NCBI RefSeq assembly: GCF_009914755.1
Contig: NC_060939.1
Length of the DNA: 64,000 nt
Origin: the human T2T-CHM13v2.0 reference genome, Homo sapiens
Direction: 5' to 3' (one strand)
Shown piece by piece: positions 16,151-33,158 of the stretch. The translations under genes were made by a program, and so were the position numbers. The notes under the pieces were generated by a model. It was not told the DNA's origin, made no database searches, and saw nothing but the letters and a program-made list of their open reading frames with translations. Position 1 is the stretch's first letter. Each line of letters starts with the position of its first letter.

Positions 16151-17369
16151 TATCATCCTAACTGCTGCCTTAAGGGGTAATCTCTCTGTAACTCTCTAAC
16201 TCAGAGAATGTGGTGACTCAATTTCTCCTGATACTCTACCTAATACTTTTATTACTTTAGTGAAGTCTGTGCAGCCGAAAACGCATAGAATGAATAGCAC
16301 ATTCTGGCAACATCAGGCTAACCAAACTCATCACTTTCACGGCAAATGTGAAGCCTAACTTCCTGGCTTCCTGAAATGATCTCCCCACCTTATTGTAAAG
16401 AACAGAGGCAGAGAAAGTTGCGCCCTCTCTCCCTGTGTGTGACCTTTGTAATCAAGTGTCACCTGGGCAAAAGTGGCCTCTGGTGAAAGACTTACTTGGA
16501 GAAGTTGGAAAGCTGGAAGCCTGGGGAGATGGTGCTTGGGAGTGAGGTCATACTCATTGCCACCAGGTCCCTTGTCTTTTTGTTGGAAGATGGCCAGGCT
16601 TTGCCAAGAGCTGATTGTTGAGGGCTTTGAGCGTTGGCTTAGGGCGCTTGTTTCCTCACTGCTGATGAAGGAAGGATCCCTGGGCATCCGGCTCTGCCCA
16701 GGGGCTACTCCAAGAGGCACTATGTCCTTAATTGACTTCAGAGGGCAGTGTTCCCAGTACCACTGGGTTTGGGATTGTCTCCAGCCATGGGCACACTAGC
16801 TGGCTCCGCCGCCTCTCCCTGGGGAGAAGGGGAAGTTTGCTTTCCCAAGCCTGGGTTCCACTGCCTTGCACCCATCCTCCGCCTGCCCCTACCACCTCGA
16901 GTAAGCTTTTTAGGACAGCATATCCACAGTGAGCCATGCCGAGTGTACAGCCTCAGGTATTTGAGGGTGAGACAACCTTAGATTCACAGTATTTACGGAT
17001 GATACCAGCTACTGGCCACCGCTTCTTGGCTGGACTCAGCATTAAATAGCAAGCTCTAGGCTAGCCCTGGCAAGCAAGGAATTCTAGAACATTGGAGCTG
17101 TATGGGCCACTAAGGCTGCTCCCCAGAATCTGGTAACGCAGCCAGTGTGGCACATGGGCAGACAGCTGATGCTGTCTCATCCTGCGATGAAGGAAAACTG
17201 TCCTCATATGGAACAGAAATCTGTCTCCCTGAGGTTACAAATCAGTGGCCCTCAGACCCTTATCCTGGCATTTTCAAGATCATGTAACAAGCCTATCCTT
17301 TCTCACAAGGATTATTATTTAGAGTTTATGTTTTTGTGGAGTTGATGGTTATAAAGGATACCCTTTTAA

Positions 17370-17816
<447 letters not shown>

Positions 17817-18349
17817 TAAAAGTAATATATGCTTGGAGAAAATTGGGTAATAAAATTCAAAGAAGAAAAATACACCCAGTTCATTGGGCAGTGCTGTCCG
17901 CCAGGTCGCTGAACCTGCAACGGCATCCCAGTCCTGTAGCACTCCAGGTCCCCTGAGTTATTCAAATTCAGCCCAGTGCAATGCTTCAGTCTCAAACTCA
18001 ATTTAAACCGCACCTCCTCGCCCTCCTCTGCAGAGACTGGATCTGGGACCTCTGGCCTGGAAGACAGGCCCGCTGGCCAACCCCTCCCTGGAAGGCAGCC
18101 CCTCCAGCATGTTGGGGCCACAGCAGGGAGGGAAGAGTGAGGACTTTCCTGTGTTCCCTCGATGCTGTCACCTTCTTTTCTCCCTGGGTGTCGGAGCCCC
18201 CTGTGTGCCAGGCCTGCGAAGGTTGGGGATCTCGTGAGGCACATAGGGCTAAATGGGTTAGTTGAGGAGAGCTGCAGAGCTCCCCAGGTGCCATTCCCCA
18301 ATATTCTAGATAAAGTTCTAGTTCTGCAGGACCTTTATGTAAAAAATTA

Positions 18350-19210
18350 TTTTTAATAATAATTATACGTATTTGTGGGTTATAAGTGATGTTTTGGTAC
18401 CTGTATACATTGTGGAATAATTAAATCATACTAATGAACATATCCATCACATCAATGTGGTAAGAACATTTAAAATCTACTATTTGGGCAATTTTGAAAT
18501 TTACAACACATGATTAACTGTATTAGTCTGTTTTCATGCTGCTGATAAAGACATACTTGAGACTGGGCAATTTACAAAAGAAAGAGGTTTAAGGGACTCA
18601 TAGTTCCACGTGACTGGGGAGGCCTCACAATTATGGCGGAAGGTGAAAGGCACGTCTCACATGGTGGAAGACAAGAGAAGAGGGCTCGTGCAGGGAAACT
18701 CTCCTTTATAAAACCATCAGATCTCATGAGACTCACAGGAAAGACCTGCCCCCATGATTCAATGACCTCCCACCAGCTCCCTCCCACAACATATGGGAAT
18801 TGTGGGAGCTACAATTCAAGACGAGATTTGGGTGGGGACACAGCCAAACCATATCATTAACTATAGTCACCCTGCTGTGCAATCCATCTCTAAAGCCCCT
18901 TCTGTCTAACGGAAACTTTGTACTCTTTGACCAACATCTCCCCGTTCCCACCCTGCCCCTCCAGCCCCTGGTAAGCATTATACTCTCTACTTCTATGAGT
19001 TCAACTTTTTCACATTCCACATATCAGTGACATCACGCAGTATTTGTCTTTCTTTGCCTGGCTTATTTTACTTTGCATAATATCCTCCAGTTTCATCCAT
19101 GTTGTTGCAAATGACAAAACGTTCTTCTTTTTAATGGCTGAATAGTATTCCATTGTGAATATATACCACATTTTAAAAATCCAGTCCTCTGATGGACACT
19201 TAGGTTGATT
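18350..19210 (-). mobile_element. L1MA-like 3' segment, interrupted by THE1
   Basis: aacatatccatcac...aacatttaaaatctact...ttaactatagtcacc...ggctgaatagtattccattgt...ggacacttaggttgattc. Confidence 0.85.
18519..18856 (-). mobile_element. THE1 (THE1B-like) solo LTR
   Basis: tgtattagtctgttttcatgctgctgataaagacatac...ggggacacagccaaaccatatca; 5-bp TSD TTAAC on both sides. Confidence 0.93.
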
Positions 19211-19219
19211 CTTTTATCT

Positions 19220-19461
19220 AAAGTCAAAAGATAAGTGTTGTTGAGGATGTGGAGAAACGGGAACCCTTGCCCACTGTTGGTGGGAATGTAAATTAGTAAA
19301 GCCACTATGGAAAAGAGTATGGAGGTTCCTCAAAAAACCAGAACTACCATAGGATCCAGCAACCCCACTTCTGGGTATATATCCAAAGGAATTGAAATCA
19401 GTATCAAATCATAGATATCTACACTCCCACGTTGATTGCAGCATTATTTACAAGAGCCAAG
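19220..19461 (+). mobile_element. L1 segment in inverted orientation (5' inversion of the same L1)
   Basis: gaggatgtggagaaa...gttggtgggaatgtaaattagt...gatccagcaaccccacttctgggtatatatccaaagg, sense L1 ORF2 3' end. Confidence 0.85.
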
Positions 19462-19900
19462 TGATTTTTTGACTCTCTTGACAACTCTCCTATAGCCTCA
19501 GATCTGTCCTCCTGCTGCTGGGGTTTCCCTGCCCAGTGGGCTGCCACCTAGGGAAAGATCCCAGCCACCCTCACAGGTGTCGTTGCGCCCAGAGGAAACA
19601 CATGCATTCTCGCTGTGGCAAATGGCAGGAGCCCATGCAGCCCACTGTGTCTCATTAAAGCTGTCAGTGTCTTTTGGGGAGCCATCAAATTCAGAGTGCT
19701 AGGACTTAATTAGAATTTAATTAGGATCTTTGTAGCCTGTTATTGAGATGGATTTATTCTTTTTTTTGCTATGTCCTTTTTAATGTTTTGTTATTAGTAC
19801 TGCGCTAGATTGATAAAATAGACTGGATTGTATTCCATCTTTTTCCACACTTTGGAACAGTTTTTATAATATGAGAATAATCTGTTCCATGAACATTTGA

Positions 19901-20318
<418 letters not shown>

Positions 20319-20430
20319 TTTGTGCTTCTCTTTGAGACAAACTTAGTAATTTGTGTCTCCAGTGACAACTTATACAGGGCTTGCTGGTCAGACTGGCTTC
20401 AGCTATTTATGAGTTCTGCATAGCCTCGCC

Positions 20431-20461
20431 CTGTCTGCCTGTCTGTCTGTCTGTCTGTCTG
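20431..20461. repeat. (CTGT)n microsatellite
   Basis: ctgtctgcctgtctgtctgtctgtctgtctg. Confidence 0.8.
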
Positions 20462-20570
20462 AGCTCCTTGGCACCCAGGAGGCAGAGATGGGGAACAAAG
20501 AGAACATGAGGAGCAGCAGTCTACTCCTGTCCTTTCTTTTGAGCTGGACATATTGAAAGAGGAATCATTT

Positions 20571-20862
20571 TGTTGGGCGCGGTGGCTCACGCCTATAATC
20601 CTAGCACTTTGGGAGGCCAAGTTGGGTGGATCACTTGAGGTCAGGAGTTCGAGAACAGCCTGGCCAACATGGCAAAACCCCATCTCTACAAAAATTAGTC
20701 AGGCATGGTGGCAGGCCCCTGTAATACCAGCTGCTTAGGAGGCTGACGCAGGAGAATCGCTGGAACCCGGGAGGCGGGGGTTGCAGTGAGCCGAGATCAC
20801 GGCACTACACTCCAGCCTGGGCGACAGAGCAAGACTCCATCTCAATAAATAAATAAATAAAA
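20571..20862 (+). mobile_element. AluS (Sz/Sx-like)
   Basis: Full Alu with (TAAA)n tail, followed by a short (CT)n. Confidence 0.95.
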
Positions 20863-21864
20863 CCATTTCCTTCTCTCTCTCTCTCTCTCCTTTTTGTACA
20901 CACTTTGTTCTCTGGATTGATGGAAATTCATGTTATGTCATGTGCTGGTTCATAGTGCTCAGATTGAGGATTTCTGAATAGACATGAACTTGGATCCTGA
21001 CTTTGCTTTGAGTTGTTTTCTAGCCCCCTCTTCTGCCCCCAGCATCACTTACCATGACAAATGCTGGCACCTGGATCCTTGTGGAAGTCCTCACCCTGGA
21101 GAAAGGAGAGACTATCTGGCTCAGCCCCACAGGGGGGAGAGAGACCTCAGCTGGAAAGATGTGGACATGTCTGTCCCGGGGGAAGAGGTTAAAGGGCAGA
21201 GGGGATGTATGAATAACTCTTCTTTTTCCACTTATGAATATGCTCTGCCCAAACTGCTCATGATGTTAGACATGTCCACCTTCCATCCGACATAAGTGAG
21301 GGGGCCCTATCGGCACCTCCCTCCCGGATGTGATGGAATGCTTTGGAAACCATTAATCCTGGTGTCAGCAGGAGCCTATGGAGGAACTTGTAGTTAATAT
21401 CCCCCACGAGCCAGGGAACGGGCTGAGAGGCAGACAGCTTACTTCCTTCTCCCTTTCGGCAGCAGAGTCATGGGCTGGCTCAGCAGGTCCGAGTTAGATC
21501 ATTGGCAGAACCGGCTGGTGCCAACCTTTAAATTTTAGGGCTGCCTCTTCTATCCTGGTCAAGAGCTTCATTTGTTACATAATCATGTGTCTGTAGCTGC
21601 CCCATGGCCTCATAAAATGTGCAGCTTAACGGGGACGTTTTCTTCTTGCCTGAAGCTTTGGCCGTGGGGCCTTCAGTCCAGCCACAGCTGGCCTGAGCTG
21701 GGGACAATGACAGTTCACAGGATTCCATGTGCTCTCCCACTTCTCTGCTCATAAGTTTTCCCCATAAACCCAACTTTTTTAAAAAATGAGGATGACTCAT
21801 ATAAAGATATGATTTGTACCAGATTGGTTTGTAAATGCAACATAATCCCAAATAATTTTTTTAT

Positions 21865-22010
21865 AATTTTTTTTTTAAAATTTACCGTCTTTACCATTTT
21901 TAAGCCTACAGTTCAGTGGTGACTAATACATTCATATTCTTTCTCTCCCTTCATGCCTCCTTCCTCCTCCCCTTCCAGCCTCTGCTAACCACCAATCTAC
22001 GCTGTCTCAT
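21865..22010 (-). mobile_element. Short L1M 3' fragment
   Basis: aaaatttaccgtctttaccatttttaag..tacagttcagtgg...cagcctctgctaaccaccaatctac. Confidence 0.6.
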
Positions 22011-22146
22011 GATACAGGTATGTGTGTCCTTTGCATGGCAATGCTAATATTGTTGCCACCACCTTCTCATACCAGTCTGACATTAATTCCTGCCCTTTAG
22101 TGACTGTGAGTTCCAGTCTTGAATGGGCATAGAATTTGTCACAGCG

Positions 22147-22387
22147 ATAGCTAACAATTAGTGTTACTACATGCTGGGCACCATGCTAAGAGTTTTGTAT
22201 GTATTAACTCACTTATGTAGGTCGGTGAAATTATCTTTTTTTTTCTATGCAGTTCACTTTTCTTTCCCCCAGAAAAGGAACCGAGGCACAGCGAGGTTAA
22301 TAATTTTTTCAAGGTCACACAGCTATAAATGGCGAGACCAGGATTCAAACCTAGGCAGTCTTCCTTTAAAGGCATTAAACTCTATGC
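22147..22387 (-). mobile_element. MIR
   Basis: gaggcacagcgaggttaa...aaggtcacacagcta...ggattcaaacctaggcagtct. Confidence 0.8.
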
Positions 22388-22599
22388 TGGTGATGAGCAG
22401 GTGGGTAGAGAAAAGGTTCAGGGATAAAAATAAAGTGGCTTCTTACATTTATTCCAAGATTTTAGCAGGTCAGCTGTGAGTACCAAACTTTCAGTGCTAT
22501 GAGTGTCTGGGTGTTTTGGCTGGTTTGCTTGCTTTCTCTGTGTTCCTAGGTGTGCAAGTGGGAAGAGGGGGTGGGACACATCCTGCAGAGAGACCTGCC

Positions 22600-23071
22600 G
22601 TGCTCCCCACTGGAGACTGCAGCCTCCACTTCCCACAATCCCTTGCATCTTTGTCTCTAGTCTGTGGCCTGGCTTCCCCCAAGAAGACGTGTCTCATGAG
22701 ATGTGGAAGGAGAGGGTGAACAGCATTAAGTGACACTGTTTCCACTGCTTCTGTGTGCTCGAGGAAGTGTTGGGTTTTCCTGTGACAACCGCAGCAGAGG
22801 TCCCAGCAGTGGGGAGGTGAGGGAGTTGGAGCAGGCTGTCTGGTGGCCCTGGTGCCAGCAGGTGAGACAGCGACCTCCTCATTACCTGGCTTCTCAATCA
22901 GGACCAAGGCAGCAGCTTGTCATTTGGGAGTCATTCCTGGAAGCTTAGCTCTGAGCCTACTCTACAGCCATTCCATCAGCTTTGCAAGGACGTAGGTCAC
23001 TGTATTAAGTCCTTTTCTGTGTAAACTAGGTAGAGTGTTTCATGCTATTTGCAATTGAACCTGGTGATACA
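22600..23071 (+). mobile_element. Old ERVL-type LTR (LTR33/LTR16-like)
   Basis: cacttcccacaatcccttgca start region; ends ...tttgcaattgaacctggtgataca. Confidence 0.5.
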
Positions 23072-23872
23072 ATAGGTTTTTGTTATTCGTGGTATTTAAT
23101 GAGAGGTTTTTTTTTCCTTTTTTTTTTAAAAAAAAACATGATTGGTTCAGATTGAGCTCATGGTAAACTAAAGCCATCAGCTTTCTTTTCCCATAAATGT
23201 TCTTAGGATAGTCACCCCCATTGTGGGTGCATGCGATCCACCGAAGTTGCTTGCCCTGAGTCCATCAACCCAGCAGGTGAGGTCCTTCTGAGTTACTGTC
23301 TCAAAACGATGAAAACCACATTGTTCTCACTGCCAAAACCTTGTCCCATTGCTCCATGATGCTGTCTCCAGCTGGGTTTCTGCCAAGAGTTTTCTTGGCT
23401 TGTTCTCTGCTCCTGGAAAGGAACAGCCTGTCCTCCAGTGCTCTGGCCTCCTGGGGAGCCCATCAATGCCTCCACCTTCCTCTCTGTGTCTCTTGGAGGA
23501 CCCCGGGGTTACTGCTCTGACACCCTTCCTCTCCCCCTCTTCTGAGGGCGGTCGTCCAAATTCCTCCAGGATCTGGCCTAGAAACACTTGCTCAGCAGCA
23601 CATGGGCAGGGCCATTAGGTATAGTCGGGGTGCGCTGTCCCGCAAGGATTCCACTTAGAAGGGTGTCCATGCAGACTTGTTTCATGCTCAGACCTCCCAG
23701 TGGAGTGTGTGTGAGAAGTTTCACTATCACTGTATGCTTTTTAAACTGCAGCTGATAACCCTTTACTAGGGAAAAAAACTGATTTAGAGGACTGTGCCGC
23801 ATTGACTATATAGAAGTTTGTTGTACATAGGAAAGGTTAATATTGTCTGGAGCATCTTTTGCTAGTTGTATG

Positions 23873-24638
<766 letters not shown>

Positions 24639-25451
24639 ATATGTGTGTTTATGCACTGAGTCAGGATTAAAAATGAATTTCTGACTGTAAAATATAATTT
24701 AAAGAGCTCAGGAGGAAGTCATCTCCTCCTTGTGCCCTCTGTTTTGGAAGCAGACATATTCAGATCTGCCCCTTTCCCTCTGTCATTCGCTCCAGGTTTT
24801 TTTATTTTAATTCTTAGAGATATTCCAGCTTCCTCCAAGGGTATAAAGTCGGCCATATGGAGCGGGGGCACTTGACACACCGGTCACAGGGCTGGGCCAC
24901 ACTGGAAACCAGGGGGTTCTCCCAGCCGAGCTCCAAGAAGGATTCTTGTGGTGGTGTGTGCACAAAAGGAAGAATCTGCTTTCTGTGTATTCCGAGTGAA
25001 TCCTGAAATTCCAATAAGCAAAGTCCTACAGGAAACAGCAATGTGTAGTCCCTAAGTGGAAAAGCTCACAGTCACACAAAACTTCCAGTCCTATGTCAGA
25101 AAATCTCTAAGGAACCAATCTGAGTAGGCTACGAAGAGTGTTGCCTCCTCCCTGCAGTTTCTCATCACTCCTTCTACTGTCCGGGTTTCCTGGGTTGTTT
25201 TATAAAGGCACAGCTGACTCATAATTCCCAAGCTGAAGCTACTTCTAGGGAAGGAATATACGACATCCTGGATAAACAAAGAAGTCATACATTGTTAATG
25301 TACAGAATAGGAAAGCCATGTAGGTGGAGCATCTTCAAATTATGTGTCTTCCTGAGGGAGCAAATCATTCTATAAACACTGGTGAGCCAGGCCACATTCG
25401 AGGGGCTGGGGATATAAAGGTGACCAAGATGTGCCTACAAGGAGAAAGACA

Positions 25452-25768
25452 GCTGTGGACTGAATGCTTGCATCTCCCCCAAATTCACATGTTGAAACTA
25501 ATCCCCAAAGTAATGGTATTAGGCAGTGGGGCCTTTGGAAGGTGATTAGGTCACAAGGGCAATAGCCGTCATGAATGAGATTAGTGCCTTATGAAAGAGG
25601 CTCCAGGGAGCTGCCTTACCCCTTCTACTACATGAGGATGCAGCAAGAAGACACCATCTATGAACCAGAAAGCTGACCCTAAACCCCACAAGACACTGAG
25701 TTTGCCGGTGCCTTGATCTTGGACTTCCCAGCCTCTAGAGTTGTGAAAAATTAATTTCTGCTGCTTAC
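25452..25768 (+). mobile_element. MLT1A-like MaLR LTR, 3' end missing
   Basis: ccccaaattcacatgttgaaac...ggggcctttggaaggtgattaggtca...ccttgatcttggacttcccagcctc. Confidence 0.85.
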
Positions 25769-25912
25769 ACCCAGCTAATTTTTTGTATTTTTAGTAGAGA
25801 TGAGGTTTCACCATGTTGGCCAGGCTGGTCTCGAACTTCTGACCTCAGATGATCTGCTTGCCTTGGCCTCCTGGAGTGCTGGGATTACAGGCATGAGCCA
25901 CCACACCTGGCC
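25769..25912 (-). mobile_element. AluS left arm only (right arm and tail absent)
   Basis: cacccagctaattttttgtatttttagtagaga...gagccaccacacctggcc. Confidence 0.9.
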
Positions 25913-26040
25913 TATAAGCAATTATTTTTAACCCGTGTCATGTCTGTAAGTACACTTGAAAGTTGTGCAGAACAGTTTGTCCATGAAGACATGTGACATC
26001 TCTGTCTCCTGGCCGCTAAATGCCATTAGTCCTGTGGCCC

Positions 26041-26776
<736 letters not shown>

Positions 26777-27149
26777 CCTTCTTTCATCATTATGACAATG
26801 AAAAAACTCCCACATTTCTAGTATGTCCCTTGTTATGAGTTTCTGCCCTTGTTGAGAACAACTGCTCTGGATGGGCACACAAAGCATCTAGACAGGACTG
26901 ATTATGGACTCGAGATCTAAAAAAGAAAATGATACGATCTTTTAGTGAGAGAAAGTAGATAAAACAGATAATAGGGAATGAGAGGGCAAATTATGAATAT
27001 TTATTGATACCACATATTAATTAGAATGTTTTGGGCTGCAAGTAAAGAACATTCATTTAGAGCAGGCTTGAACAATAAAGAAAGGCATTGTGGCACAAAT
27101 AGGATGTTGAGAAGTACAGAGTGTGACCAACTGACTCTGGGCAAACTCT

Positions 27150-27332
27150 GGAGCCGGACTAGCTAGGTTTGCACCCTAGACCCACCATTTACCAGCTAGT
27201 TATATTGACTTAGGCAAGTTACTTAACTTTTCTCTGTTTTGGTTTTATCATCTGCACAATGGGATTAGAAGTATATCCACCTCATAGGTCTAAGTGATTT
27301 AATATAAAAGTACAAGTGCTTCAGATCAGTGC
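27150..27332 (+). mobile_element. MIR
   Basis: ctctggagccggact...ttaggcaagttacttaac...catctgcacaatggg. Confidence 0.75.
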
Positions 27333-27333
27333 T

Positions 27334-27491
27334 TGTATTTTTCGTATTTTTAGTAGAGATTTTGTATTTTTAGTAGAGATGGGGTTTCACAATGTTGGCC
27401 AGGCTGGTCTTGAACTCCTGACCTCAGTTGCTCTGCCCACCTCAGCCTCCCAAAGTGCTGGCATTACAGGTGTGAGCCACTGTGCCTGGCC
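27334..27491 (-). mobile_element. AluS left arm with a duplicated linker segment
   Basis: gtatttttagtagagat occurs twice before ggggtttcac; no right arm. Confidence 0.88.
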
Positions 27492-27499
27492 GATTATAA

Positions 27500-27799
<300 letters not shown>

Positions 27800-27919
27800 C
27801 ATTATAAGCATTTCTAAACGTACATAAGGAAGATTTAAAAAGTCCTGCTATGTGCTCAAAGGGCACAGGCCGGGTGGGGAAACAAATGAGGTGAGAGATC
27901 CTGCACTCAAGCCGTGGTG

Positions 27920-28084
27920 TTTTTTTTTTTTTTTTTTTTTATACTTTAAGTTCTAGAGTACATGTGCACAACGTGCAGGTTTGTTACATATGTATACATG
28001 TACCATGTTGGTGTGCTGCACCCATTCGCTCGTCATTTACATTAGGTATTTCTCCTAATTCTATCCCTCCCCCCTCCCCCGACC
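27920..28084 (-). mobile_element. L1PA 3' end, heavily 5'-truncated (~165 bp)
   Basis: poly-T then atactttaagttctagagtacatgtgcacaacgtgcaggtttgttaca; TSD caagccgtggt. Confidence 0.93.
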
Positions 28085-29398
28085 CAAGCCGTGGTTCTTA
28101 AAGCATCTGAGCTCGAAGACCAGCTTTAACACTTCCAGTCCTTGGTGGACAGTTCTATGGTCCTCACACATGACTAGTTGCAGCTAGGAGGGCCTCTGCT
28201 GGGAGTTCAATGCGCAAACTGGTCTACACCCTGTTCAATGAGCTGGGCACGTTGATGGGATGCTTAGGTACTGTGGCAATTTGAAAGTGCTATGCAAGTT
28301 CCTGAATTCTTATCCTCAATTTGTGGGCCAGTTAGAACAGGTCGCAGCAGCACTGGTCCAATGTTCCTTTAAGTAACCTTGCACTAGGGAAACTTCTAGC
28401 GAATTTGTACCCCTATAGTTTTCTTCCAGTTTCTTTCTTACACACAGACTCTTTTCTTCTAGAGGGGTTCCAAGTGACTTCGTCCCCTCCTGGGCTCAGC
28501 TGTGGCTTCTGAGCTCTCCAGCAAAGCCAGGCTCCCATTGAGAGACAAATCCAGAGCCTTGTGGACAGGTGCTTGGCAGGCACCCTGCCTGCAGGGCCAC
28601 GCCCTCCTGCACAGCCATGCGTAGCCTCAGCTCCAGTTCCCTGACCTCCATGGACGCTCCGACACTCGGCAAAGAGACCAGTCAGGGGACCAGGGAAAGA
28701 GGCAGAGTGGGGAGCTTCCGGGCCCTCAGGCAAGCAGCGGCTAGGTGAGGACAGTTACCAAAATGGTAATCATAGCCAGGGGCTGGAAAACCTTTCTTGA
28801 GATGTAGCAGTCAAACCACATAGTTGTTAAATGACCATAACTATGTCTTAAATAATCAGTTCAGCTGGTCTCTATTTAACATAATAGCTGCCTATTAAAC
28901 CTAGATTAAGTACAGAGTTCAACATCTCTAGGACACAGAAACCCCAAAATGACTGCCAAACCCAGAATGAAACCTCTGGCTGGAAGGAGCCGCAAATGTG
29001 TCCACCTGGCCTGGGTGTGTTCTGGTCTGGAGAATGCGGAGTCCGCATCCCACTGCCCAGCTGTCTGTGCTTGAAGAATAATATTTCCCAGGGCTGGGGC
29101 AGGGCGGGGGACAAGCTTTGGAATACATTTCAATCCTGATTATATCTCACGACTGCTTTAGTCTTGTAGACATTTCTGAACATGTCAGAAATACAGAAAC
29201 ACCTCCAAGAAGCACTGTGAGGCCTGTATGGCCTCGAATATACCAGATGATGGCAAATTCTGCCTCTTCTTTCTAGCCCCATTCCCCTGGCGTAGAAAGG
29301 TCCTTACCTACACTCAGGGCTGCAGTAAGAGCCCCCCACCCTTCTTCCATCCTCTATCCTGCCACTATTCACTGATTTATTCATCCATTCACTCACTT

Positions 29399-29722
<324 letters not shown>

Positions 29723-29984
29723 TCATTCATTCATTCCAGAAATAATTTCTGTGTACCCACTATGTGCTGAACACTCAGGTAGCAAGACAGTGGCAGCAAA
29801 AACAGACCCCCAAGGGCTGATATTTTGGTGGGAGAGGCTGCCACTGTTCAGAGTGGTCTTTCTAAAAGGCAGTCTGTCCCCTGTTCTCTCAGCCTCCAGG
29901 AATAAAAGGTCCTGTTTATCTCTCTTTGCTTATTTCATGCCTCCGCCTTCTTCCTTTGGGAGCCAGCCTGTACATCCAGTAAGT

Positions 29985-30183
29985 GATGTTCCTCAGCTCC
30001 TTCTGGGGACCACCTGCATAAACATTACCTGGGATGGTAGTTAAACATGCATACTCCCAAACCCCTCTCCAGACCTAGGGAACTGGAATTTTTTTCTTGG
30101 TTGGGCTGGAGAACCAGCCCTTTCATTTGAATCAGGTTCCACGGGTGACTTGGCTGCATGCTGAGGTTGGCGAGTGACCACTG
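29985..30183. mobile_element. MER5-like DNA transposon relic
   Basis: ggaccacctgcat...ttacctggga...ttaaacatgca...ccagaccta...gaccactg. Confidence 0.55.
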
Positions 30184-30262
30184 ACTAGTGTTTCCGAGTG
30201 TTTGCCACATTCAGGCTTTGTTCCACGCCTCCCTCTGCCTAAATGTGGCCTGGTCCCCTTGA

Positions 30263-30946
<684 letters not shown>

Positions 30947-31704
30947 TCTCCAGTCTCTTAATCCCCATCACCACAACCTCAGGAGGGCTATCGTTGTTTT
31001 GATTTTCACCATAACTGGATTTTTCCTCTGCTGGAGGAGACTGGCAAAGCTAAGTATCCCTCGAAGTCCAGGACAAACAACGAACATCATCTATTCTCTA
31101 TAAGGAGAGTTTCATTCAAATGGCAGGAAACTGTTCTTGTGGGATGGCTTGGCTCAGTTATTTCAAGCTTGGTTTTCTTTTGTGGGGTGGAGTTAGAGCT
31201 CATCTCTTGCTGCCTGTCAGAAAACTCTTCCTGAGAGTGTAGGAATTACTGTGTCGTGTGGATGACCAGATTGTTAAGGGTAAGAGCGAGAAACGACCAA
31301 TGTCAGTGATACAATCAATTTTTTGCTTTCCACATTTTAAAATCAAATTCATTTGCTCTGTATAATAGACTGGACACATGTTTTCTTAGTTCGTCCATTT
31401 ACTCACTTGTCTGGGAAGATCTATATTGGGGGGCAATTTTTGCTTTATTGAGAAGATAATGTAATCCATAATGAGAAATTTTCCGTCTTCACGCTTGTGC
31501 TGGGGACGGCAGGAGGCTGTGAATCGCTGATGGAGATGGATGGAGCCTGCTGTCCTTCTGAGTCCTGCGCCATGCTTGCCGGGGGCGGGAGTCACAGCCC
31601 CCAACTCAACTGTGTGAGCCGAAACCTGGCTTTTTCCAAGCATTTTGTTATGAATGCTAGATTCAAGGCACAATTTTTAGTTCTTATTTTTCTTTAATCC
31701 AACA

Positions 31705-32235
<531 letters not shown>

Positions 32236-32647
32236 GCTATTTTGTTTTGACAACACTCTCTTCCTTTATCTCCTGTTTGTTCTTTCTCAGTATCCTTTCT
32301 TGGCATTTTGTCTCTATTTGCCACTAAAACATGGACTTTCCTGAGGGTTCTATCTTTAACCTGTTTTTTTCCTTTCTTCTTATTTAGCACATGGTTTTAG
32401 GGGCGATTAAACTTAATCCTGTGGTGGCCAATGCTTCTCTCCTTGGTTATCACCCCCAGGGCTGGGCTTTCAGCTCAACTCCTCTGTTCCAAAGTTCGGA
32501 CCACTTTGCTAAAGGCCTGCTGGGCATCTCCATGTGGCTGTTTCATGGGCACCTCCACGTCTGAAGTCATCTTACCATCACAGCCCCCTCCCCACCAGAC
32601 ACACTCAGCTGTCTCTTCTTTCTTGGGTGTCTAGTTCACAGTTATTT

Positions 32648-33158
32648 TGTTGCGGGACAATCAAAGACAGGAGAGACCGAACAGAGTGAGTTCAGGAAAG
32701 GTCTTTATTAAAAGGTGATCACCTGGCTCAGTAGGACCAGCATCCAGGAAAGTCTGAGCCCCGGACAAAGAAAGCAGCCACCTTTTAAGTAGTCGGTGGC
32801 CGGGAGCTACATGATGCAGGAAGTGTACTTACAGAATCGAGAACGAAGGCAGTTGATGAGTCTTTTACATTTATCTATACTGTATGTTCCACATCCCTGG
32901 GAAACCATGTTTCTGTATCAACCTTGTAACTTTGCAGCTGAGCTAGGGGGGTGAAGCAGGAACTCGCTGAGCCTCAGGGAGGGTGAAACTGGGGAGTACA
33001 GATAGGGCTCGCTGACACAGAAGGAAAAACAGGCAGTTAGTATTCTTCTCCAGCTTAGACTACGGGGGGCGCTACACTACACTTAGCTTTTGAAGGAAAA
33101 AGTAAAAATTGTTGGTGGTCTTTGATTATACTTGTAAAATTCATGAAGTCCTTCTTCA
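32648..33158 (-). mobile_element. Solo ERV LTR (ERV1-class by TSD length; family not identified)
   Basis: TG...CA termini, 511 bp, 4-bp TSD ATTT on both sides, AATAAA on the minus strand near 32705. Confidence 0.75.

Noticed and set aside
19540-19556. CTCF-like TGCCACCTAGGG
   Set aside because: Only a partial match; expected by chance in 64 kb
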